DNA of 64,000 nt from the NCBI RefSeq assembly GCF_001194135.2, contig NC_068988.1, positions 59,369,604-59,433,603 of the forward strand, read 5' to 3'. The translations under genes were made by a program, and so were the position numbers. The stretch comes from Octopus bimaculoides (taxonomy: Eukaryota). The notes beneath the pieces were generated by a model. It saw only the letters and a program-made list of their open reading frames with translations. It was not told the DNA's origin and did not search any database. How positions within the stretch are numbered: the first letter of the stretch is position 1; each line of letters opens with the position of its first letter. Shown here one piece after another: positions 37,731-51,475 of this stretch.

Positions 37731-37990
37731 GTGCAAACGCAAACACATGCACTGCCATACACTCTTCGCATACAAATACATATAATCTTAAATTTCTATC
37801 GATAAATGCTGATAATATTAATATACCTGTGATGTGAAATAGGCAGGACGCGTTTGGTGACAATTTGTGTCGTTATTCTTAAGTGAAGCATCATCAATCA
37901 TCTTGATGCTAATACGTCATCTGCTCCTGTATAGAAAATATACACTTCTCCTATTGTGATCGGACTATTGCTTTTTTTTCTCTGCTGTAG

Positions 37991-38103
37991 GTTTGTATAT
38001 ATCAATAAAGGTCCATTCATCCTACGATATTTCTATATTTAAAACTGTTGCTGGACAGCGTTTTATTGATTTTTCTTGTCAGCTTATATACGAATATCAC
38101 AAG
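37991..38103 (+). CDS. Candidate internal exon, unknown product
   Basis: Acceptor TTTTTTTTCTCTGCTGTAG, open frame LYISIKVHSSYDISIFKTVAGQRFIDFSCQLIYEYHK, donor AAG|GTATCG. Confidence 0.28.
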
Positions 38104-38399
38104 GTATCGTTATTTGATCAAACTATATTAAATGCATGAGTTGCATTATATACTACAAAAGCAAACAATTTTCGGTAAAATCAAAGCTAAACTGCCATGC
38201 TAAAGAAGTTTTTTCACCGCTATTTCTAGAGTTTATATGCAAAAATCATTCAACGCACACATGCCCACATATATGTGTGTCGGACTCTGTCGCCTCCCCC
38301 TCTCTCTGTATATGTGTGTTTGTGCATGTATATAGTGTAAGGCATTTGAGAAGAAAGTTGTTTGGTTTAGAAAAAACATACTTATAACGGGAAACAATT

Positions 38400-39050
38400 T
38401 AATTAATGAAAAAAATTGTACATATAAACTAGATTATCGTCTTTATGATCTTGTTCAATATAGCCACCTTCAGCATGAATAATTGCTACCGTACGAGATC
38501 TAAATCTTCTACATGCCCGAATTAAATGTGCTTGGTTCAAGTCAGACATTACTCTACCTATGGCGGTTTTCAAAGGGATGTTGACTGACCTGTCTCTGAC
38601 TCGGAAAAAAGTTTTATGCATTGTAGTCCAATTATGTAATGTGGTGATGAAAATTGTCAGAAATCTATTCTTGGATTGCTTGAATTCTATTTGAGGCGGC
38701 AGTCCTACTGAAATATGTACAGCTTTCAATTACATATTCTGTCTCTCTATGACCTAGCAGCTGTTTCCAGGAACTGAATGCAGCCAGCAGTTTTAAAACT
38801 AGGGCCTTTTGGAAAGAAATAACCACATACCATATGTACTTCATTACTGACAACTGCCAATATTATGACAATATTAAGTAATTGCGTGTGCATAACATTT
38901 GGAGTTTCAGACGTGCTTCAAAATAAACATAGGTAGTTTTTGTTTGGTTAACTTTCTGTTCCTGATCTAATTATTTCAGATATGAGAAAAACCAAATCAT
39001 GTCCTGAAAAACCAAATCATGTCTTGTTTTCTTTTTCTGACATGAGTTGA
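38400..39050 (-). mobile_element. IS630-Tc1-mariner transposase relic, DD37D/maT-like
   Basis: Minus strand pieces IWFFSY...DQEQKVN, NVMHT, VIILAVVSNE, FFPKG, YIFQ*D, DNFHHHIT, LKTAIGRVMSDLNQAHLIRACRRFRSRTVAIIHAEGGYIE. Confidence 0.8.
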
Positions 39051-39199
39051 ACTATTCTCATCCGCGAGACTTGTATCGGGTGCCTTCGTGGAAACATCTA
39101 TGATTGTCTCTTCTGACGAATGTAAATCGTGTGTGATTATGTATACGTATATATGTGTAAGAGTGCATGGGTGTATGGTGTATGTATATGCATAGTTTT

Positions 39200-39420
39200 A
39201 CCTGCGGTATGTCTAACGATCCTCCATGTTTCTTGTCGTTCGGTTTTCTTGTATGTCTCCACTGTGCTGTTTTTGTTACCAACTTTTACCCTGCATAAAT
39301 CCCAAATATTATGTTGGCTTTTGTGGGAGCAACTACCTTCTAAGACTCATATTGTTATTCAATGCGTATATTCAACTCATTTGGTTTCGTATTTCATGTT
39401 GTTTACTGTTTGTTTTGTGA
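39200..39420 (+). mobile_element. Internally deleted copy C of the 34-35 kb element family
   Basis: CTCCATGTT...TTCGGTTTTCTTGTATGTCTC and GGGAGCAACT...TCATATTGT match copy B, then jump to GCGTAT..AACTCATT.G.TTTCGTAT.TCATGTT. Confidence 0.75.
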
Positions 39421-42400
39421 AAACCCATCTATGCATATGTATATATATATATATATATATAAGTAAAATATATGTAATTTCAAGCATGGTATACAAGGAT
39501 CTAATGCAGATTATGCATAGGNNNNNNNNNNAACTACAGAAGGCTTGTGTTACATGGTTAAAGTATATATTTAAATTATGTCAGAAAAATGATATAAATG
39601 TTATAAAATTTTTTGGGTATATAAATATTGTATTTGGAGAAATAACCGGTTTCGTGTTGACTTTTAAAATTTCTCTACTTCATGGTAACATGTCTTCGCT
39701 CCCATGTGTAAAAAAATAGTTCTAGATAGGGGGAGGTATACCAATTTTCTCACCTATATATATATATATATATATAAGTAAAATATATGTAATTTCAAGC
39801 ATGGTATACAAGGATCTAATGCAGATTATGCATAGGAAGTGTATTTTGATATATTCTCATCGTGGTGAGGTAACAATGAAATTTAATAATTTTCAATTAA
39901 TATCAACTACAATAGTGATAATTATGTCCTTGAAAATTGTTGGCGATTTTTATAGAATACTTCAATGTCTTGTGTGGATGGACGGCATTGTTAAAAAGTT
40001 GCAAACAATGGTCACATATTATTTCAAGAAGAATATACAGTTTAACCTTAATTTAGATACAACTACGGTGACATTACCACAAATATAGACGGCGTTTATT
40101 ACAGTGTTGACTGTTAATCACATGTTGGCTTTTGAAAAAAACAAAATTGCCTTCGTATTGACTACGAAATAATTCAAGAATTGTAGTATGAGATGTGTAG
40201 GGAAAACAATAGTGCTCCTCTTTTTGATAAATGTAAAACATCAGTGGATTCGAGACAAACGATAATTCAATCAATAATTGATCATCAACAGAAAATAAAT
40301 ACGCCTAGATGCAAGTTTTTCAATGTTTTCGGCATTTAAACTATTTATCATAAATTAGATATTTGTGCAAACTAAATGCGTAATCAGCTTATTTAACCTA
40401 GTTTACAATCCTTTTATTCCGATTTAAATACGATGTTTCATGTATATTTCTCGACTAATCACATAATACTGTAAGCAGTAATATGTCATTACTCTAAGCA
40501 AAATTGTCTCCGAAAATTGCGACAGTTACCATTACTTGTGTCATTAATTTAATCGATTAAATTTAAATTCATTTCACATATTTTACATTGTAAGTTCAAA
40601 TTAAATTTTTACTTCATTCCATTTATTCGTGTGTGAGGAAACATATCTAGTTAAGTCCGCTATACTGAATATGCCATTCTTGTGGCTTTATAACAATCCA
40701 AGTAAACTTTTAGAAAATTATAGCTCATAAAATGTTTCAAATATTCTTCGCTTTCCAAAACAACTTGTAGTTAATTTCATTAAGTGTGTAAAGTACTTAC
40801 ATACATTTTATTGACTATCACATGAAATTAGCTGGTAATATATTTATATATCTAATACATACTTATTAATGTACATTCAAATTTGAATTCATATCATTAA
40901 TTTTAAAAGTTTATTGAAATTATTCACAATATCAAAACTTCAATGATACGGGCAAATAACTGCAGGATTATAACATTTTATGGCTTTCTAAAATATGATT
41001 AATACTCTATCGTATTTCAAATCCTCTAACGCTGAATACTTTTTAACTACAATCTTCACTACGAATATTTATTCCACGCATATTTTTTTTTTACTTGCGG
41101 CCTTTTTTTTTGTTTTTCTTTGAAAGCAGTTCAATGGAAAAAAACAAACTGTTAAACATCCAAAAAAATATAGTGTTTTTGTCAACGTTACAGTCTTCAC
41201 TTCTATATTTTCAAAAGCAATATTTGTAGCAACTTTCACGAAATATATGGGGTTTCATACTACTGTAGCTTCACGTTCAGTTACATTACGTTCCGATTAT
41301 ATTTACATGATCCATTACTGTGTTTACAGATATTTTAACCCCTCCCATGCTAATTAAGTCGAATTGAATCTATGCTAATTCATCTCACTCACCCTGCATC
41401 TATATCTACATTCCATTAATAACTTTCGAATAGAAAAATAAAACCTTCAGCTCAACTTCGAAGAAATTTTCAAAGTTTACGAATATATGAAAAATACCGA
41501 TGCTATTTGACTATTCGGCAACTGAATGCATGTGTTCTTATACATTTAAGAGTTTACGGGTAGCTTTCTTGAAAGTAAATGCCCTTCACAAATACTTAAA
41601 TGTATTTTCTATCGGAATCTGCAATACATTTCGCAAGTGACTTTCACTAAAACCGTGAGCCAAACAATGACCTTGGCAGAACGTATACGTAAAGTGGGTG
41701 TATGCATATACATATATGCCTGTCGGCATGCACGCATACATACATACATACATACATGCATACATACATACATACATACATATATACGTATGCGTGTTTG
41801 TGTAGGGTAAAGTGTAACTGGATTTGAGACATATTGGATATGTCTAGTTGATGTTAGGCTTCAATGTGACCGAAATCAAATCATTCTTCTCTAGATATCT
41901 GGTGCAATAGAATCATTAAATGAACCCATGTAACTTTAGATAATATGGAGCTGGGTCAAATAGCTAAAATGCGTTGAATGCTACTTTCGTTTTTTTACTC
42001 ATGTATATAGTGGATATGAAGATACTCATTAAAAATAGATATTCACCTGATGGAAAACTTTGTTCCTGATGCTTGGTCGCATTTAACTCCACATATGCTG
42101 AGTGTGTGATTATACATGTCTTGTGTAAATATTTATGGTTAATAATACTCTGTGTCTTAGATAAAAGGCTTCAAATTTTTCAAGAAAGGGCTAATTGGTT
42201 ACACCGACCCTGGTTCTTGTCAGAATATAGTCGATGACGTGCCCGTGTTTAGGCAGTTGGTGTTTCCAGATGGTCATTTGTCGGGTAGAGAGACGAATTA
42301 GGGACGGCGAAGCAAGCAGGTCAATCAAATTTCAATGAGGGCAATCTTAATCTCGAAAGGATTGAGTCCAGTGGATGAGGTCAAAGCCTTGCGGGCAGAT

Positions 42401-42704
42401 GTGACAAAGAAGGAGAGACTCCCACAGCTCGCTGCAACCAGCTTCATCAAGAGTGCACGTATCAATTCCTGTGCCACAGTGAAGTTCCTGGTCAAGTGCG
42501 TGCGGGAGGCCGTTGAACAACCACGATCACCCCAAACGATTTACTCAGCGACTGGATTCGTCGTTATACAAATAGTTTTATTTCTATGATTAATTACATA
42601 ATACGTAATATATATTTCAAGAATTCCTTTCTCAAACATTTATTCCTTGTAATATCTTACATTATCCGTATGATTTCGTTTCAGTTAATACATGCATGCA
42701 TATC

Positions 42705-42764
<60 letters not shown>

Positions 42765-45539
42765 TCTGTGTGTGTGTGTATGTGTGTGTGTGTGAGTATA
42801 CGTATAACTGTGCGTGTTCGTTTCTTAAACGAACAACTCCAAAGCCTAACTTCTATGGTATTCACGTTACAACCTGTCTACAAATGTCGACGAATATGGT
42901 GAAATTTAGTAGGAAAGGAAACGTAAAAATAGAAGGGCGGTTTATTTCAATTACTAATCGGGATATTTTACCACTTTCTCTTCTGCAAAGCCTACCTCCT
43001 AAAATATTTCATTACTTGCACGAACAGTTCAGTGCTCAATGTATCCATTTATATTCTGAAGCTATTCTCACACCAGTCAGCTCTGTTGCATTTACCCCAA
43101 AATAAGTTCATCCTTTCAATATGTAGTTCCCCGCTCTTGGGTCCTCGATCATTTCCTTTCGAATACTTTCGCTACATTTCAACACGAGAAGCTGTTCCTC
43201 TCGTTTCTAGATATGTTCTCTTTGATTTTCCATTGTGTTCTGATCGTGGGAGGTCAGTGATGGGACTTGCCATAACAACACCGGAACTGTGTTATTTTAT
43301 TGCTCTGATGTCTGTAACTTCTTGTCGATAGCTCTGCTTCTCCCCTTATTTGTTTCTTTTCTGTTCCAATTCACAGGTACTTAGAGTAAAATGCCTTTAC
43401 ATTGCTCTTGCACTCATAACTTATGAATGAAGCCACTTTCTTGCATAAGAACCAGGTTAACAATTTTAATTTTAAGATGTGATTCAGCCCATGCAATCGT
43501 TTCCGTCTGGCATGGTCCTTCAATGATTCGACAAAAGTTCATGAAATCAAAGTTGAACTCTCTTCAATTTTTTCAAGTGAGAATATAAAGAAACATATAC
43601 AACAAATGCAAGTCTTTATTTTCCGCACAAACCATTCTGCCTACTAGTAGTCTTGTTATTTTTAGCTTAGAGAAAACCTGAGTTTCTGACTATAGGTGTT
43701 TATTCAATAGAATTGCATCCGGTACGTGACTGGAACTTTATATTATCAACACAGAGAAGTTAAAAAGCAAAGTTAACCGCGCTAGTGTATGAACTCATAT
43801 CATAATGATCTCGATGAAATGCCGCTGAGTGTATCTTTCGACATGCTGAGGATGTATTTTCTATTGTGACAGTGTCTAATTTAGAGGAGAAGATTAAAAA
43901 AAAAACCCATTTATTTTATGAAACTAAATCACAGTTATACTACAAAATAATCGCTGATATATTCTTCTAATAAACCGACATGTCATGCCAGCGTTACACT
44001 GACAAGGGCAAAAGATTAATATAATCTCAGGCAGACGTCAATCCTTTGTTTTGAGTTAATTCTTTGAACTCAATGTTAAATGTTGCTCATCAAATTATTC
44101 AGTGAATCGAATGAAAGGAAATCTATAATCGCTGTTTTCTGGAAATATTAATATTACTATCTTTTAGAATTCATAAATTAACCGTTGATTATTTACTTAA
44201 CCATAAGGCTAAATATAACGGAGATTGCTTTATGTTCATGCGTTCTAAGAGTCATTGTAAACGGTTAGTTCACACGAGACGCAAAGAATAGAATGTAACT
44301 TATGGCCGTCGTTTACTCTGAAATGTTCTGTCCGTTACATTTCATAATATCAAAGCACATTTGTTTCGTTAACACATAGACTTAGTAAAATAAATTTTAT
44401 ATATTTTAACACTATAGCAAACATTTAAAAATGATATTTCCTTAAAGGTGGAGCAGTTTCATAAGAGTAGCCCGGCAGCTATAATCACTGAAATATACTT
44501 GTAACTGTTGTTATTCTTCAAAAAATAAAGATAATAATAAAAAAAAATGAATAAATGAATTTTATCTAAGAAATTTGGTTTCTCTTCACTGACAATCAAA
44601 AAAAGAGAAAGTCGAGATAGTGTCGTTTGACAACTCACGTCTAGCAGTCTTTGTCTTCATACTTCGATATTTATTCAGTTTCTACACATTTGCTTCAATT
44701 GTTTTGTTTTTAATCCTTATCTCCCATTACACTAGCTCATAATCCACATGTTTTGCACATCTTTAAAAGACTTGCGTTGAAATATTAATATTCTCTTCAT
44801 TTTCCCTTTTCTTTTTCTTTCCACAATACACGTCTTTTTATCAATATTCATTTCAGTACATTTCTGTTCACTTATCACATTTTTTTATAGAAAGGACTCT
44901 TGTTATTTTCCTTGTCTCTTTATTTCATCAATATTAAAACACCAAAGAATGTTGTTGTTTCTCTCTTAAACGTTCATCAGTGCTTTTTCGGTACCACGCT
45001 CTACTTATTTTTGCGTGTTTCCAAATATATTTTATAACAATAAAAGTCGTTCCTCATTTCATTCTACTCATTATTTCTATTTTTCAATCATTTAAATTTT
45101 CATTTATTAATGCTTTCGTTTACTTTCTTGGTTTATTTCTATCGTTTTCCTCATTTTATTACTGTTTGTACCTACACCCATTTGCCTGTTTTTCATTCTT
45201 CTCCATTTTATTTAAGTCTCGCGATTGTTTATTTCTTGTCCTCCGATCTGCTTTATTTATGTTTTGGAAGAATGTCTCCTGTTTTCTTAATGAACTATTT
45301 ATACAGTTTCAATAAGTAGCTGTTTTAAACTGTATCATGAATGTTTATATGGACCACACCTAACGAAAGACAGAGCTTCCTTCGATCACTACATAAAAAA
45401 AGTATTAAGAAAAAATGTTATTCAGATATACCTTTAGTTTAGTTGTTTACACTATTTTACGCTTGATTACACTCTTATACATTCAAAGTTCACAAATTTC
45501 CTTATTTAAATTATGAGCAATATACCATAATAATTAATA

Positions 45540-45830
45540 TATTTGCAAATCCTCTTCGCAGACTGTATTTTCTGTTTGGTCGACACTAATTCTCAAATTA
45601 CTGGAGTCCGTTACTCGACTCATAGCGACGTATAACTGGCCGTGTGTAAACATGGGAGTGCGTAAATATATAACTACACGATCTAAAGTCTGGCCCTGTG
45701 CCGAGTTTGCTGTGAATGCGCGAGCGGAATCTTTAGGGCTGCAAAAAATCAAACATAAACATACCTCACACTGTTTTATGCGAAAAATGTCTGGATGGTT
45801 TGGCACCATGGGATATTTTGATTGACAAAA
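45540..45830 (-). mobile_element. Helitron PIF1-family helicase C-terminal fragment
   Basis: [36 protein letters not shown] matches PIF1 motifs V/VI (TINKSQGQTL...HGQLYVA.SRV) as found in Helitron RepHel. Confidence 0.85.
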
Positions 45831-46818
45831 CAACAGCCGCTTCGATTGTCCGTTTCGGACCCTGCTCGAGACTAATACACTTCAATAACTACTTCATAAT
45901 CACACTCACTATATAGTGGCACACACTTTTCCCATTTCTTTTCGCTATTAACCGTCTTCGCGGTCTCTTTCGTATCTAGGATAAGTCCACGAACTATACG
46001 ATGAAAATCCAGAGTTACTCGTGGTCGGGGAAATTTTGGCAAAAATGGGAAGGTGGTTTCTTAATTAAAAAATCGACACCCACGAAATAAACATACTCCC
46101 TGACTTTTTAATGCTAAAAGCCTTCCTGACAACGTTCTTTGTAGATCCATAAAATATTGCAACCATTGGCAGTGAAGAAGGAACAGAGAAAGTGACTGAA
46201 TTGCAATTTCACTGAGGTCGAAAAGTAGTTCATGCTTTCGAGATCGATAAACTAAGTACCAGTTGAGCTCTAAGAGAGATGTAATCGACTTGTCCCTCAT
46301 CAAAATTTCAGACCCCGTGCCTATGTCCATCATGTAGGTCAGAATTGATGCCGTTTCTCTTCCGCTAATAGTTTTTCTCTCACTTCACTCATTCACACAC
46401 TTGCTAAATAACTTTTGCGGTGCCTTCTACATAATGATGCCTTCCTTATGCAATTAAAATTCTATTTTGATTCTTACGTCAGTATAAGTTATCAACTCAT
46501 ATTATGCACACTCATGCACATATTGGCATAAACGAATTACACACTGGTAAAAGCGAACTATTCTGAATGTGGTTTATAAATTTTGCTTGCTGCAGCACTT
46601 CAGGGAATAAAGGAGGATATTTAGGATTTAGAATAAATATTGGACATTAATTCTAATGCTTTAACTTCTTTGAAACTACTCTTATTAACTCTAATATTAT
46701 TAATTCTTCTCCTTATACTTAAATAACTATTCAGAGATCTTGTTTTATTACATTATATGAAGTGGCAGGAATTTCAAGTAGATGAACACACGCACACACA
46801 CAATATAATACATACATG

Positions 46819-46865
<47 letters not shown>

Positions 46866-47749
46866 AATACATATAAATACATTTGCATGTATGTGTGCAT
46901 GTATGCATTATGTATGTATGAATGTATGTATGTATGCACGTATATATGTGCAGAGTTCTTTTTGTGTTATGCATGCATTTCATGTATATAGTTACATTTC
47001 TAGACATGCTCATACATATCTCAGTGATAAACTTCTGGAAAGTTTTACAAATTTTTTCAGTACCAGTGATGGATTGGATCTGTAACTTCTGAATTCGCTT
47101 TCTCCTTTCGGGATTTGAGAAGCTTAATTTCTCAAGATTGATATTTAGGTAGTGTGTCGCATATCTCAGGGTCCTAATAATTACAGGTATAAACATGACC
47201 TTGTAATCTTGTAACTATAGATTTATCAATAGTTCAGCATAGGTGTTCCGATTTTCACTTTTCAGCTTTATATTAACACCCGCTGGGCAGCTAATTTCCG
47301 AAATTCTGCATAGTTTCTCTTCTCTATCCCAAATAAGCATATCAGGTCTGTTGTGCTTACATTTTATTGAGGTATTTGCTGGTGTATTCCACCCGTAATC
47401 CTATTCATTATGATGGCTATGGCTTCTATTATATTGTGGGTTTAATAAGCAAAAAACGTCTACGACTAATATTGATAGCTTCTTTTTACATTGAATGTGT
47501 CTGTTTCATTCTGTGTATAGTTGCGCGCCTGTATGTGTCTATAGATGTCCATATTCTGTACACAAACAAAAACACACCTACAGTTATATGTGTGTGTCTG
47601 CGTTTGTGTGTGTGTGTATGTGTGTGTGCGTGCGTGCATGTGTGTGCGTATGCGTGTACGTATATATGTGTATATAGCATGTGTTTAAATGCGTGGACGT
47701 AGATCCTTTTCTTTGCATCCAATTTTTACCATTGTGTGTCATTGTTAAA

Positions 47750-47890
47750 TCTCTCTCCCGTTCTCTCATGAATTTCAATTCAATGACATCTTTCGTTGGA
47801 TAACCGTGCCGGTCAATGATTGTTTGTCTACGCTCTATGAACTCTCTATTAATTGACCCTTGTGGAAGAGCTATCATTTCTTATCAGATC
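47750..47890 (-). pseudogene. Possible Tc1/maT transposase C-terminal relic
   Basis: ALPQGSINREFIERRQTIIDRHGYPTK resembles the ..LPQ..IN.......R...II...G.. terminus. Confidence 0.35.
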
Positions 47891-48239
47891 ATAACTTTAT
47901 CATGATTCGCGCAGTATTCTGTGCACACATGGGAGATATTTAATTAACTTTCTGTTTAATTAAACAATTCTAAGAACAGTATTTCTTCAATCGATTCTAT
48001 TGTCTGAGAGATAGGTCGCATGAACTTTGTACTTTAATGTTGTCAACAAGTATTGAAATGTGCCGCACTGTGCTTATTAAAAATGCTTTATCATCGCTTT
48101 CGTCGTCTTCATCATGGTTCTTATTATCATAATTTGCATCATAATTTTCACCATCGATTCCCAAATAAATATTGTATAATTTAAGATATAAATTTGTTGC
48201 CAATATTATTATCACTATCAGTTGCCCTTTTTTTTTCTC

Positions 48240-49480
48240 TTTCCCACACATTTTTTGGAAATCCTGGAGATTTGCATGCGTAGAGGGCTTACTACCTGCA
48301 ACCTACGATACCATGCTATTCGTTTTATCCAGCTATCTATTACTTGCCAGATTATTTTGGCCGTGCCAAGGCGGCAAAACTTTAGTAACAGTTCTACTGT
48401 GCACAACATTCGAATTTACTTTATTTTCCACTTGATGCCTTCTGATACTGTTCCCAAAGACACAACAATAATTGGCACTTTCTTCACCTTCTTCATTTTC
48501 CATGGTCGGGCTATTTTGTACTGATGTGGTTTGCAGTTATCTACTATTTTGCATTGCTTCTTGATTATTCGAGGATCAGAGGGGTGTGCAACATGAACTA
48601 AATAGCATATGTAATGCACCTTGTCCACAACCACTAGGTCCGGTCTGTTATGTTCTAGCACTTGATCTGTATGCATTTTACTAGCTTCTGTATGGATTTT
48701 GCTTGATTTTGCCAGAGGTGTTTGATATCTTCCGACTCTGCCACTCTCTGCGTTTTGTGCTCATACACGTCTTGCCTCTTTCTAGACCCCACATTTCGCA
48801 CACTTTCCAGTGTAGCACCTTCGTTATCTGATCATGTCACTATAACTTTAATCATTTTGAGCAAGTTTAGGGCATTCGTTTGTGATATGGGCTATGGTTT
48901 CGCCCACTTTGGTACACATGCCGTACAGCGGAGTAACTTGCTCTTTCCAAAGGTTGACACTCCAGTCTAGTCCTCTCAGTGTTCCTTTCTTCAGCCAATC
49001 CCACATATTTTCCCAGCAACTTCTGTTGTGGGTACATGGAATTGATTCTGTAGTCTCTTGTTGCGTAATTCTTCTTCGTGTACATTTTGCACTTCTTATT
49101 TCCTTTTTTCCATTTTTCTCTGTTTTGAATATTCCATCGTTTCTAACTGACATTAGAAAGGTTTCCTTGCATAGGGATAGGTATCCCATTAAGCTCTCGA
49201 ATTCAATACGTACGCAGTCTTCCACACTTGCCAGTGCTCTTCCTCCAGTTGCTCACTGCATGTATCACTGATCGGTGTCTGCACGTGGACTATGGGTTCC
49301 ATGCATTCTTACCAGCCGTCTTGATTTCCTGTCCACCTCCTTTAGTTCCTCCTCTGTCTACTTCAGGACCTCAGAGCCATAGCAAACTATTGCGACAGCG
49401 CGGGAGCTTACTGCCGAAATTATGTTTCTGACATTCACCAGTACCTTTCTCATTTGCCGAAAATAAAGGATATGCACATG
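48240..49480 (-). mobile_element. R4/Dong-clade LINE, 3' 1.2 kb (RT thumb, CCHC, RLE)
   Basis: VEDCVRIEFESLMGYL, WDWLKKGTL, GMCTKVGETIAHITNECPKLAQNDY, HTDQVLEHNRPDLVVVDK, KVPIIVVSLG, KFCRLGTAKIIWQV. Confidence 0.92.
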
Positions 49481-49525
49481 TCAATAAACAGACTTTATTG
49501 CTTTGTTTTCACAATAATATCTGGT

Positions 49526-49569
<44 letters not shown>

Positions 49570-49578
<9 letters not shown>

Positions 49579-49800
49579 GTGAGTGGGACAGCAGCACATG
49601 CCATGAAAGTGACACTGGGGTACAAATTTACGAAGCCTAACATATCCCTCATGACTAGCCGTCTGATAAGTGTACATCAGGCACATGCATCACAGCCATA
49701 TTTGCGCAACACGGTGATCTCATATCAAGATAAACAGCCATGATGTTGCAGGTCAGGCCCAGTTAGAATTTTCTTCAGAGTGAGTAGCCCATCTTGCTCA
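49570..49800 (-). mobile_element. 3' part of the same non-coding retroelement as 2670-3257
   Basis: Reverse-complement match; flanked by (ACT)n and (ATT)n. Confidence 0.8.
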
Positions 49801-49802
49801 AA

Positions 49803-49891
<89 letters not shown>

Positions 49892-49920
49892 TANNNNNNN
49901 NNNATCATCATCATCATCAT

Positions 49921-49967
<47 letters not shown>

Positions 49968-50389
49968 GCATCATCATCATCATCATCATCATCATTATCA
50001 CTATTATTATATGAAAACACACAATTTATTTTGCTGAATATGATGGAAAGTGCCAGCTATCAACAGCCAGCAGGCTAAGTTGAAACTTGTTTACTGGCCA
50101 TGCTTCTTGCTTGCTAAGACACATACAGCGTCCTATGACGTGTGAAGGATAAGAGATGCTACGGTTTGACTGAAAGCTTGAAGAGGGAAAGTGGCAGGGG
50201 CAGTAATGAAATATCTTCATGCAATGCAACAGAAACATTTAAACGGATAAGATTTTTTTAAGTATGTGGGCAGTACTTGTTAGCATAGTATTTTAGATTT
50301 CTCTGAGACGTTGTTCTCCTGGAATCTTATCTAGATATTTCTAACATCCCTTTTATCTCATACCTAGTGCACATACAATAACAGAAACA

Positions 50390-50470
50390 GTTATTGTGCT
50401 GAAATGTATTGCGCACATCCTTAGAAAAATCCTGTCCATTCAAAGGTCTCTGTTGTATTACACGAAGATA
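50390..50470 (+). mobile_element. Very short R4/Dong 3' fragment
   Basis: IVLKCIAHILRKILSI matches the RLE C-terminus IVLMGTAHILRKILSM seen at 50689-50860. Confidence 0.55.
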
Positions 50471-50474
50471 TTAC

Positions 50475-50859
50475 TATTATTATTATTATTATTATTTTAT
50501 ATTTGACTTTTGTTTTGCATTTGTACAAGTTGGATCCAAGTCTCACCCAGAGACCTCAAGAGACAACAAGTTAGAAGTTCATGTAGGTGTTATGCCTAGG
50601 GTACCATATATTTGGATTTGTACAGTTTTGTTCAAGTGAATGTTTAAGAAACCATAAGAAAATTATGAGTTTGTTTTAAAATTTGAGATTACATAGACAG
50701 AATTTTACGTAGGATATGGGCAGTTCCCATGAGCACTATCTTTTGAAATTCAGCCATTTTGGGGTTTCCTGGTATCTGAGCTAGGTAGTAATCAGCCCGT
50801 TTCGCGGTCATTCCCAGGGCACCTATGACGATAGGTATTGTTTTGGTCTTCAGATTCCA

Positions 50860-50860
<1 letters not shown>
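50475..50860 (-). mobile_element. R4/Dong LINE 3' end with (TAA)n tail
   Basis: WNLKTKTIPIVIGALGMTAKRADYYLAQIPGNPKMAEFQKIVLMGTAHILRKILSM* (stop at 50689), 3'UTR, then (TAA)n. Confidence 0.9.
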
Positions 50861-50861
<1 letters not shown>

Positions 50862-50938
<77 letters not shown>

Positions 50939-51305
50939 TATTTTTTTTTATAACGTGCTTTCACTTCACTACCGAGCGCAGTATGTGTGCCTTGGGCACG
51001 TGCTGTGGTTTTCTGTGATGCTCTTATGCTTACTGTATTGAAAGTGTTTTGCGTAGGATGTGTGCACTGCCAAGTAGTGCAATTTTCTGTATGTTATATA
51101 TATTTGTAAGTCCTGGTGTTTTTGTTATGTATTTGTCTGAATATTTTTTTATTATACCTAAGGCACCTACTATGATAGGAATTGTTTCTGTTTTTAGATT
51201 TCACATTCGAGTTACCTCTATTTCCAGGATTTTGTATTTTGAAAGTTTCTTCATTTCTATTAGGGAAACGTTGTCATCTGCTGGTATTGATACATCAATT
51301 AGAAA
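50862..51305 (-). mobile_element. R4/Dong LINE 3' end of a different subfamily, with (TAA)n tail
   Basis: FLIDVSIPADDNVSLIEMKKLSKYKILEIEVTRM*NLKTETIPIIVGALGIIKK...QKIALLGSAHILRKTLSIQ* (stop at 51030). Confidence 0.92.
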
Positions 51306-51310
51306 TCATA

Positions 51311-51405
51311 TTCTTCTTCTTCTTCTTCTTCTTCTTCTTCTTCTTCTTCTTCTTCTTCTTCTTCTTCTTCTTCTTCTTCTTCTTCTTCTTCTTCTTCTTC
51401 TTCTT

Positions 51406-51473
<68 letters not shown>

Positions 51474-51475
51474 TG
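51311..51475. repeat. (CTT)n(ATT)n microsatellite
   Basis: Direct reading. Confidence 0.95.

Noticed and set aside
39441-39837. Exact ~70-bp direct repeat (AAGTAAAATATATGTAATTTC...TTATGCATAGG) at ~39460-39521 and ~39776-39837
   Set aside because: The first copy ends at a 10-N gap and both follow (TA)n; most likely an unmerged contig overlap
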